Source: Ignicoccus islandicus DSM 13165 (GTDB taxonomy: Archaea; Thermoproteota; Thermoprotei_A; Sulfolobales; Ignicoccaceae). From it: DNA of 32,000 bases. Each line of letters begins with the position of its first letter. Within the stretch, counting starts at the first letter, position 1. The translations under genes and the position numbers were made by a program. Below the pieces are notes generated by a model. The model was not told the DNA's origin. It made no database searches and was given only the letters and a program-made list of their open reading frames with translations. The stretch lies in assembly GCF_001481685.1 (NCBI RefSeq), contig NZ_CP006867.1:750001-782000 (forward strand). The letters are read 5' to 3'. Below, piece by piece: positions 1 through 6,812 of the stretch.

Positions 1-1
1 A

Positions 2-2491
2 TGGGACATGGGCACCACTGCAAGCGCCGCCACCAACTACGGAATGTACCCGAGCGTAGGTAAGAAGTACGCCTCCGAAGAGGACGTAGAGAGGGACTGG
101 TGGAAGGGCTTCGCCCTATACTTGAAGTTCCTTGAGACCTACAAGCCCGAAATAATGGCCAAGTTACTCTTCGGTGACCAAGCACCGCTAATCAACAAGA
201 AGTTGGCCGAAAAGCTAGTTGCAGCCGGCGAGCTAGCTCCTGAGAAGGTTAACCTAGGAGCTAATACTCCCTTCGTTGAGATAGACCCTGTCGAAGCACT
301 GAGATTAGCTGCGAAGTGGATGGCTAACGAGAAGGGTCAGAAGGGCAGGACCTTAGTGTTCTGGACCATGGGCGTAAACCAGAAGATGCAAGGTGTCCAC
401 ACAGTCAACACAATAATCAACTTCCTCGCACTAACTGGCCAGCTATTGAAGTGGGGAGCCGGTGCCCTAAGCCTTACCGGACAGCCGAACGCTTGCGGAG
501 GTATCAGAGACCAAGGAGGTTTGGCTCACGTACTACCTTACGGAAGGCTAATTGCTGTTAAGGCTGCTAGAGAGGAAGTCGAAAACATATGGAGGCAAGT
601 AACTGCTGAGTTAATGAGAAGGCAAGGATACAGCGAGAGCGAAATACAAAAGACAATGAAGGAGATCTACGTCCACCCATCCCCCGGACCTCACGTAATC
701 GAGATGTTCAGAAGAGTGAACGCCGGACAGCTAAAGATCGTCTGGATAGCCGAAACCAACCCCGGACAAAGCCTACCGAACGTATACAAGTACAGAGTGG
801 GAATGGCCAAGCCACACGACGATTGCAAGGCCTTCCCGTTCGTAGTTGTAAGCGATATTTACCCAACTAGAACGACCGACGTAGCCGACCTAGTCTTCCC
901 GGCAGCCGCTTACGCTGAGAAGGAGTTCTTCTATGGATGTACTGAGAGAAGGTACTCAGTAGTTAATTACACAATAAGGCCTCCGGGAGAGGCTATAGGC
1001 GACCACGTAATATTCGCCTTAGTAGGAAAGGCCCTAGAAGACGAAGGCCTAGTGCCCAAAGGCATCGTAAGTGGGTTCTTCCCTGAGAACGTTGACGAGG
1101 CCGCTAAGAAGGAAGGTATCAGCTGGGTTCAGTACGTGGTTAAGAAGAGCCAAGAGAAGAAGTGGCATATGAAGTTCCTAGACAACATATACGACGTAGA
1201 CATACTGAGCCTATCTAAGAACACCTACTATGACTTCAGCTACGCAAAAAGAGAAATATTCAGGAAGAAGACGTGGGAAGAACAGCACGGTTACAGATGG
1301 CCATGGCCATGGACCTACGCTGTTAACAAGAACGTGAAGGAGAGATACGATAAATACGAGAGCGCTACCAGATACGCCTATCCGTACGATCCTCTAATGC
1401 CGGAACCTAAGCTAGTTAAAGAGATATACAATAAGATAAAGAACATGAACGATCCAGAGGAGATAAAGCACTACCTAATGAGTATTCCAGACGAGGAACT
1501 GCACCCCATACACAAACACAAGTGGGTCGCTAAGGCCTATAAGAATCCAGCGCTACTGAAGTGGGTATTAAAGAACATTGTCGAGGAAATCGACGACATT
1601 GCCTACAAGGAAGCTAACAAGCTCAACCCAGAGTGGTACGGCTTGTTCTATGCGAAGCCCACTGGTAGAATGACCGTATGGGCTAGGCCGTGGTTGCCGG
1701 TCAACATAGATCACAACACCGGTGTGGTAACCATAAATGACAACGTCATCATCGCCTACGAGAAGCTTGATGCAGACGCCGTCTTCAAAGGTAAGATAAA
1801 CATCTTCGAGGCACCAAAAGGACCATTCGTCGTGGCTGAGAAACACGTAGGTAAACCAGTCAAGGACGTCAATGAGGCCCTCGAGATGCTAAAGACTAAG
1901 AGCTGGGGCGAGATGATCTCCAACCCAGAGTACAAGAAGTATCTAGAATCGATATTTGCCATAGCTCTAGCTCCTGCTGAAGTACCTGGATTCAAACTAG
2001 AATACAAGTTAGAGAACGGTCAAACGATAACCCTAAGGGAAGCCGAACCGTACTGGATGGTCGCTACCACTGGAAGAGTCATCGAGCACTGGCACACCGG
2101 TACAATGACCCTCAAGGTACCAGAGCTCAGGAGAGTAAAGCCTTCTGCGTATATCGAGATAAACGTTGACACTGCGAAGGCCCTAGGAATCAAAGACGGT
2201 GATTGGGTGGCCGTCGAGAGCCCGAGAGGAAAGATAGTACTGAAGGCCAAGGTACTAGACCCGAGGACTGGTCTCGGAGGACCCAGATACGATTACACCT
2301 TCATCCCATGGTTCGATCCCAACAAGCTAGCCAACGCTATCACGCTAGATAACTACGACGTACAGCCCTACTTCTTCCAGCCAGACTTCAAGACGTGTGC
2401 TGCGTACGTGAGGAAGGCTAGGCCCGACGAGATACCCACTAGCGAGAAGGAGCAAACGGCATCGGCTAAGTACAACATTTACATCTTCTAA
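2..2491 (+). CDS. Molybdopterin (Mo/W-bisPGD) oxidoreductase catalytic subunit, NapA/Fdh-like clade, substrate unassigned; 5' end runs off the window
   Basis: Frame is open from the window edge. Family motifs present: MGVNQKMQGVHTVNTIINFLALTGQ, GYRWPWP, TGRVIEHWHTGTMT. C-terminal molybdopterin-dinucleotide-binding barrel: AYIEINVDTAKALGIKDGDWVAVESPRGKIVLKAKV. The N-terminal Fe-S Cys motif is not in the window. Confidence 0.85.
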   Translation, partial: WDMGTTASAATNYGMYPSVGKKYASEEDVERDWWKGFALYLKFLETYKPEIMAKLLFGDQAPLINKKLAEKLVAAGELAPEKVNLGANTPFVEIDPVEALRLAAKWMANEKGQKGRTLVFWTMGVNQKMQGVHTVNTIINFLALTGQLLKWGAGALSLTGQPNACGGIRDQGGLAHVLPYGRLIAVKAAREEVENIWRQVTAELMRRQGYSESEIQKTMKEIYVHPSPGPHVIEMFRRVNAGQLKIVWIAETNPGQSLPNVYKYRVGMAKPHDDCKAFPFVVVSDIYPTRTTDVADLVFPAAAYAEKEFFYGCTERRYSVVNYTIRPPGEAIGDHVIFALVGKALEDEGLVPKGIVSGFFPENVDEAAKKEGISWVQYVVKKSQEKKWHMKFLDNIYDVDILSLSKNTYYDFSYAKREIFRKKTWEEQHGYRWPWPWTYAVNKNVKERYDKYESATRYAYPYDPLMPEPKLVKEIYNKIKNMNDPEEIKHYLMSIPDEELHPIHKHKWVAKAYKNPALLKWVLKNIVEEIDDIAYKEANKLNPEWYGLFYAKPTGRMTVWARPWLPVNIDHNTGVVTINDNVIIAYEKLDADAVFKGKINIFEAPKGPFVVAEKHVGKPVKDVNEALEMLKTKSWGEMISNPEYKKYLESIFAIALAPAEVPGFKLEYKLENGQTITLREAEPYWMVATTGRVIEHWHTGTMTLKVPELRRVKPSAYIEINVDTAKALGIKDGDWVAVESPRGKIVLKAKVLDPRTGLGGPRYDYTFIPWFDPNKLANAITLDNYDVQPYFFQPDFKTCAAYVRKARPDEIPTSEKEQTASAKYNIYIF

Positions 2492-2502
2492 CACTAAATC
2501 TC

Positions 2503-2507
2503 TTTTT
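2503..2507 (+). terminator. Oligo-T (T5) run 12 nt after the oxidoreductase stop; archaeal intrinsic terminator candidate
   Basis: tctTTTTTata directly downstream of the TAA at 2489-2491. The same arrangement recurs after three other plus-strand genes. Confidence 0.4.
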
Positions 2508-2559
2508 ATAACATAAATACAAGTTTCTTCTCTATATAATTTTAAATTCGCTCTTTAAA

Positions 2560-2582
2560 GTAGTTATCGTTTCGATAACTAC
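2560..2582. promoter_or_regulatory. Perfect 10-bp inverted repeat with 3-nt spacer (GTAGTTATCG-TTT-CGATAACTAC) in the promoter region of the ferritin-like gene
   Basis: Read directly. It lies between A/T-rich TATA-like boxes (tctatataatttt at about 2531-2543, ttatactttaat at about 2587-2598), 50 nt upstream of the ATG at 2632. Confidence 0.35.
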
Positions 2583-2631
2583 CGCCTTATACTTTAATCA
2601 TTCTAATGAGCACCTTAGGTTGTGAAGCGTT

Positions 2632-2940
2632 ATGCTAGGCGAAAATCCTCTAAAGATTCCCAAAGATAGGAAATTCAAGAAAGTTGAAGTAGCTCAAGCC
2701 TTGAGATGGGGAGTAATAGCTGAATTAGACGCGATAAACTTCTATGAGCAACTGGCCGAGGCAATAGACGATGAAAGGGTAAGAAAGGTATTCTTAAACG
2801 TTGCTAGAGAGGAAAAGGAACACGTTGGGGAATTCCTAGCTTTACTCCTCGAATACGATGAAGAGCTCAAGGAAATGATTGGAAAGGGTTATAAGGAAGT
2901 TGAGGAAGAAACTGGAGTAAAACCTAAATCCCTTCCATAG
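2632..2940 (+). CDS. Small ferritin-like / encapsulated-ferritin (EncFtn)-like di-iron protein, 102 aa
   Basis: AELDAINFYEQ ... AREEKEHVGEF: E31, Y38, E61, H64 are spaced like the Glu/Tyr/Glu/His metal site of EncFtn/rubrerythrin-like helices. Length matches a two-helix EncFtn-type protein. Confidence 0.7.
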   Translation: MLGENPLKIPKDRKFKKVEVAQALRWGVIAELDAINFYEQLAEAIDDERVRKVFLNVAREEKEHVGEFLALLLEYDEELKEMIGKGYKEVEEETGVKPKSLP

Positions 2941-2953
2941 AATCGAACCATAA

Positions 2954-2958
2954 TTTTT
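2954..2958 (+). terminator. Oligo-T (T5) 14 nt after the ferritin-like gene stop
   Basis: taaTTTTTcaatt downstream of the TAG at 2938-2940. Confidence 0.4.
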
Positions 2959-3097
2959 CAATTAAGAAAAGGTAATTCTCCGTACTTCTCATATAAAATC
3001 GAACTAGGAAGTTCCTCTTTCTATATAAATACGAGCATTTTTCTCTAACATAAGAGATTAATCCAATGGTTGCTAATTTACACTTGAGGGATGTGGT

Positions 3098-3283
3098 ATG
3101 GGGAAGATGAGTGCTCACATGGAAGCGGAAATAGACGATGCAGTTTTGGAGAAGCTCTTCGGAGCTCTAACTGCGAAGGGCGTTAACAAGATAATAATGG
3201 AGATAAAGGATGTGGAAGGAAAGCTGATAATTACTGCGGAGCCCTCCGAGGAGAGCGTAGTAGAAGTCAAGAAAGCGCAATAA
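3098..3283 (+). CDS. Hypothetical small acidic protein, 61 aa
   Basis: ATG ORF preceded by a TATA-like ctatataaata at about 3020-3031. No recognisable family. The antisense ORF 3115-3399 looks like a shadow. Confidence 0.4.
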   Translation: MGKMSAHMEAEIDDAVLEKLFGALTAKGVNKIIMEIKDVEGKLIITAEPSEESVVEVKKAQ

Positions 3284-3309
3284 GGAAAGCGTAAGGGGAA
3301 CATGCGACA

Positions 3310-3480
3310 TTGAGAATAAACATAGTAATAGAGACTGACGAGAACCTCGATAATCTGATAAAGTCGAAACTGGAAGAAGGAGCCGGCATTAGGGTTCACG
3401 TATCGAATTTAGTTTTTCAGCTGAGGTCTGGAGATGAAGTAAAGGAGGAGATAAAGGTAACTGAAGAGTGCTTTAAGTAG
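3310..3480 (+). CDS. Hypothetical small protein, 56 aa, TTG start (not in the supplied ORF track)
   Basis: My own translation: (M)RINIVIETDENLDNLIKSKLEEGAGIRVHVSNLVFQLRSGDEVKEEIKVTEECFK, stop TAG at 3478-3480. It fills an otherwise empty 199-nt gap. Only a TTG start is available. Confidence 0.25.
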   Translation: MRINIVIETDENLDNLIKSKLEEGAGIRVHVSNLVFQLRSGDEVKEEIKVTEECFK

Positions 3481-3482
3481 GA

Positions 3483-4013
3483 TTACTTTTTTAGGCACGT
3501 AAACCACTCCAAGTCACACACAATATTGAAGCCCATTTCCAGTAAACGTTTCTTAGATAAGAAGTGAGCGTACTTGTAAAGCTCGTGACCTTTCCTACCC
3601 TTCTCCTCGTACAATTTAGCTACGTCGCTTTCCTTAGGTATTATGCATGCTACTACCTCCTTGCTAACCCTTTCAGCCTCTTTAATGGCATCCTCTACTG
3701 AATCCACGAAGCATAAGGAGGTAACGAAGTAGCTGCAATCGAACGCTTTGGACCTAAAGGGGAGCTTCTCGGCAACGCCCAAGACGCTCTCGAGCCCCTT
3801 AGCTTTCCCTATTTTCAAAGCGCCTAAGGCCGGGTCGAGGGCCACTGCACCTAATTCCTTAGCGAAGGCACCGGTGCCGCTCCCTATTTCCAAGATTCTC
3901 TTACCCTTGACGCCCTTCCTTAAACACTCTAGCTCTCGATTGAAGATCTCCTCGTGTTCTTGGTACCACCTATCGTATCTCTCCGCCACTCTAGAGAACG
4001 CTTCTTTACTCAA
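3483..4013 (-). CDS. Class I SAM-dependent methyltransferase (Methyltransf_11/UbiE-like)
   Basis: SAM-binding motif I RILEIGSGTGAF, then LDPA and an acidic loop. 176 aa. Confidence 0.85.
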   Translation of the reverse strand: MSKEAFSRVAERYDRWYQEHEEIFNRELECLRKGVKGKRILEIGSGTGAFAKELGAVALDPALGALKIGKAKGLESVLGVAEKLPFRSKAFDCSYFVTSLCFVDSVEDAIKEAERVSKEVVACIIPKESDVAKLYEEKGRKGHELYKYAHFLSKKRLLEMGFNIVCDLEWFTCLKK

Positions 4014-4029
4014 CCCCGTTCATCCAGTT

Positions 4030-4566
4030 CTATAACTTTTTTCTTGAAACTATAACTATAAGCTCTTCTAACCCTAGAGACCTCCTCTTTAATTCCAATA
4101 GATCAAATCCCATTCTCCTAATCGCATCTAATACATCGAAAGATGTAAGGGAGGAATAGAGCAATACCAATAAGCCCCCCTTTCTAACCCTTACGAACCT
4201 CAATGCTTCCTTGGCCCACTTGTCGCAAGTGGCTATATCGTCTTCGCAAGGCAAGTAAGGTAAGTTACTAACTACCAGATTCGCGTCCCTTACGCAGCTC
4301 ATGGAGTTGCATCTGATCGCTTCGAAACCGCAAGACTTACATGCCTTTACTGCGCACTCCATCAAATCAATTCCAATTACCTTCTCTACCTTCTTGGAAA
4401 TTACGTTTAATAGAACGCCCGAGCCGCAACCTATTTCTACCCCTAATCCGCCTACATATGGAAGATCCTCTATTACTTCCCACAAGAACCAAGTGTCTTC
4501 GGAGGGTTGGTAGACTTCTTCGTTCCAACAAAAACAAGGGTCTTTAACGCACGTTAAGTTACACAT
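4030..4566 (-). CDS. HemK/Mtq2-like (release-factor glutamine N5) methyltransferase family protein with variant NLPY motif
   Basis: VYQPSEDTWFL entry motif typical of Mtq2/HemK, motif I VEIGCGSGVL, and motif IV VVSNLPYLP in place of NPPY. The start directly abuts the stop of the upstream protease gene. Confidence 0.65.
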   Translation of the reverse strand: MCNLTCVKDPCFCWNEEVYQPSEDTWFLWEVIEDLPYVGGLGVEIGCGSGVLLNVISKKVEKVIGIDLMECAVKACKSCGFEAIRCNSMSCVRDANLVVSNLPYLPCEDDIATCDKWAKEALRFVRVRKGGLLVLLYSSLTSFDVLDAIRRMGFDLLELKRRSLGLEELIVIVSRKKL

Positions 4567-5415
4567 TTACTGAAACCTCTCCTTGCCTCGCTCGGTAGGT
4601 AAGTTAAAGGGTAAGTACTCAACTCCAGGCCTGTTAGTTTGCGCTTGAGGATATAATTCCATTAATTCGTAAACTTCCGGTGGCACTTGACCTTTTACTG
4701 GTAGCCCTAATTCCTTAACTTTTTCATAGAACAGTGGGTAATCGTGCGTGTATTTGCCCATTACTAATTCCTCGGCAACGGCCTCCGCCTTCTCTTCTTC
4801 CATCTTACCTTTCAATAACCTCAGGACGAAGTCGTACATTTCAGCCAGTGCCTTTTCGGCGATGTCTGCATAGGCCAAGAACTTATCCGAGGCCTCCTTA
4901 CCCTTCTCCTTTGCAACCTTTACTAAGCTGGGGGCGGCGATGTGGGTCCCTTCGAAAGGCACTTGCGGGTCTACCGGACCTAGGGCGGCCGCTTTATCCA
5001 TCCATATCTCGTCAGCTGCTAGGGCTATCAGAGTTCCGCCGCTCATGGCGTAGTGCGGAACTACTACTACTTTTTTAGCGGGATGTTGGCTCAATGCGTG
5101 AGCTATTTGGGCAGCTGCTAGGACCATTCCTCCCGGAGTGTGCAGTATTAACATTATAGGCTTGTCTTTGGGCGTGGTTCTTATTGCTCTTATTATGGCC
5201 TCACTGTCTTCTATATCAATGAACTTATAGAAGGGCACACCGAACAGCCCTACCCTTTCTTGCCTATGTATCATTGTTATTACTCTGTAACCGTACTTTT
5301 CTTCTATTCTTTTCAACAACGCCATTCGAGCTGCCTTTAATCTTTGGAATGAGAAAAGCGGTTCAGAAATTACAGTAAGGAAGAGCAACCAGAAGAGCAG
5401 GCCCACTATGTCCAT
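4567..5415 (-). CDS. Membrane-anchored SDH-family Clp-fold serine protease (DUF114/SppA-NfeD-like)
   Basis: N-terminal TM helix, then MIHRQE...ILHTPGGMVLAAAQIAHAL...VPHYAMSGGTLIALAADEI...LGPVDPQ, characteristic of the SDH Clp-fold proteinase family. Confidence 0.8.
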   Translation of the reverse strand: MDIVGLLFWLLFLTVISEPLFSFQRLKAARMALLKRIEEKYGYRVITMIHRQERVGLFGVPFYKFIDIEDSEAIIRAIRTTPKDKPIMLILHTPGGMVLAAAQIAHALSQHPAKKVVVVPHYAMSGGTLIALAADEIWMDKAAALGPVDPQVPFEGTHIAAPSLVKVAKEKGKEASDKFLAYADIAEKALAEMYDFVLRLLKGKMEEEKAEAVAEELVMGKYTHDYPLFYEKVKELGLPVKGQVPPEVYELMELYPQAQTNRPGVEYLPFNLPTERGKERFQ

Positions 5416-5472
5416 ACTACTTTACCCGAAAACCGAGAATCCGCTTCCGTAAAAAGCGTCCGGGAAATAGTT

Positions 5473-6537
5473 TCAATCCCCTCTAACTTGGAGGAGCTCC
5501 TCTGGCTTCAGCTGCCTTATATCAATACCCATCATGCTCTTTCTTTCGCTTATCATCGATTGGGCTTCAAGTACTGCTTCCGGATCCATCCATAGCGAGG
5601 TAGCTAGGACTATCGCTTCCGCTCTTTGCCTCGGATCCTCGCTCTTGAATATGCCGGAGCCTACGAAAACGCCGTCCGCCCCTAGCCACATCATTAGAGC
5701 CGCGTCGGCTGGAGTGGCTATTCCGCCAGCGGCGAAGTTCACTACTGGGAGCCTTCTCAGCCTTACCGTAAGCTCGACTAGTTCGTAGCTTACGCCCATT
5801 TCCCTAGCCTTTAACACCCTGTCCTCCTCTTCCATTGAGATGAGCTCTCTCAATTCGCCCATCACGGTTTTCATGTGCCTCACTGCTTCAGCCACGTTCC
5901 CCGTTCCGGCTTCGCCCTTAGTCCTAATCATAGAAGCGCCTTCGCTAATCCTCCTTAAGGCCTCCCCTAAGTTCCTGGCACCGTTAACGAAGGGTACCTT
6001 GAAGAGCCACTTATTGATGTGGTGGCGTTCGTCGGCCGGAGTTAAGACCTCGCTTTCATCTATCATGTCAACCCCTAGCGCCTCTAGTACCTTAGCTTCC
6101 ATGAAGTGACCGATCCTAACCTTGGCCATTACTGGTAATGAAATAGAGTTCATGACCTCCTTTATCACGTTGACGTCGGCCATCCTAGCTACTCCGCCAG
6201 CCTTCCTAATGTCGTACGGCAACTTGTCGAGAACCATTACGGCGACGGCCCCTGCGTCTTCGGCTATTTCGGCTTGTTCAGTGTTAGTTACGTCCATTAT
6301 TACGCCGCCTTTCTGATAAATAGGGAAGCCTAGCTTAACCCTAACCGTACCGCTTGCAACCTTTTCCCTAATTTCTGAAGGGTCGGGTAAGTAGGTCCAG
6401 AGTCCCTCTTCCTTCAGTCTGTCCTTGGCTTCAGCTAACTTATAGAAGAAGTCTGCTATTGCATCGAAACCTACTTCAATGAGGTTATCCCTCTTTGAGA
6501 GAGCCAACAACGCTCGTACCCTACATTTAGCTTTCAT
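5473..6537 (-). CDS. pdxS: Pyridoxal 5'-phosphate synthase lyase subunit PdxS, with about 55-60 aa N-terminal extension
   Basis: [104 protein letters not shown]. Confidence 0.95.
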   Translation of the reverse strand: MKAKCRVRALLALSKRDNLIEVGFDAIADFFYKLAEAKDRLKEEGLWTYLPDPSEIREKVASGTVRVKLGFPIYQKGGVIMDVTNTEQAEIAEDAGAVAVMVLDKLPYDIRKAGGVARMADVNVIKEVMNSISLPVMAKVRIGHFMEAKVLEALGVDMIDESEVLTPADERHHINKWLFKVPFVNGARNLGEALRRISEGASMIRTKGEAGTGNVAEAVRHMKTVMGELRELISMEEEDRVLKAREMGVSYELVELTVRLRRLPVVNFAAGGIATPADAALMMWLGADGVFVGSGIFKSEDPRQRAEAIVLATSLWMDPEAVLEAQSMISERKSMMGIDIRQLKPEELLQVRGD

Positions 6538-6556
6538 GGGGGTGTTTAAGCTAACG

Positions 6557-6566
6557 CCATTTTATC
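6557..6566. promoter_or_regulatory. Palindromic TATA box TATTTAAATA, about 25 nt upstream of the pdxS ATG (leaderless-type spacing)
   Basis: Read directly. The centre is about 25 nt from the ATG at 6537 on the minus strand. The sequence is its own reverse complement. Confidence 0.5.
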
Positions 6567-6761
6567 TATTTAAATAGATGGAAGTAATTGAAGCACCGCT
6601 TCCAGACATCAATAAGAGTTGCTTTCACGAAGACATATGGAATCAAAGACGAACCTTCAATGTCAAGTCGAAGTCGTGTAATAACGGTTAGTGTAAAAAT
6701 CGCAAGCTCGAATTACTCGAACAGTTCACTAAATTTAAACAATAGGTATCAGCGTTTTAGG

Positions 6762-6782
6762 TACTTCAAGTATTTTGAAGTA
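6762..6782. promoter_or_regulatory. 8-bp inverted repeat with 5-nt spacer (TACTTCAA-GTATT-TTGAAGTA), 30 nt upstream of the NFACT gene ATG
   Basis: Read directly. It lies downstream of the TATA-like aaatttaaacaat (about 6731-6743), so it is either an operator or a 5'-UTR hairpin. Confidence 0.3.
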
Positions 6783-6812
6783 GGACGATTTGAAGTGAAG
6801 AGAAAGACCTCG

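Noticed and set aside
1568-2250. Three minus-strand ORFs (76-92 aa) inside the Mo-oxidoreductase gene
   Set aside because: They are antisense shadows of a strongly supported CDS with no motifs. The same reasoning applies to the other antisense track ORFs, such as 3748-4035, 4301-4547, 4734-5078, 5534-6316, 11089-11979, 16028-16905, 17052-17288, 23091-24107, 25642-26121, 28437-29325, 29280-29634, 30273-30947 and 31541-31828.
2941-3097. Possible encapsulin shell or other cargo partner encoded next to the ferritin-like gene
   Set aside because: No ORF of suitable size (over 250 aa) exists on either strand between 2941 and 3482. The 64-aa minus-strand ORF 2924-3118 is an A/T-rich promoter-region artefact.
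6568-6681. 37-aa ATG ORF (MEVIEAPLPDINKSCFHEDIW...) in the pdxS/NFACT intergenic region
   Set aside because: It is too short, has no motif, and its ATG starts only 2 nt after the TATA box. I cannot distinguish it from chance.
6588-6812. TTG-initiated 75-codon N-terminal extension of the NFACT gene in the ORF track
   Set aside because: The extension is low-complexity (Ser/Asn/Arg-rich) and covers the divergent promoter region, including TATA-like elements. It also precedes a good ATG (6813) where NFACT-N-like sequence begins.
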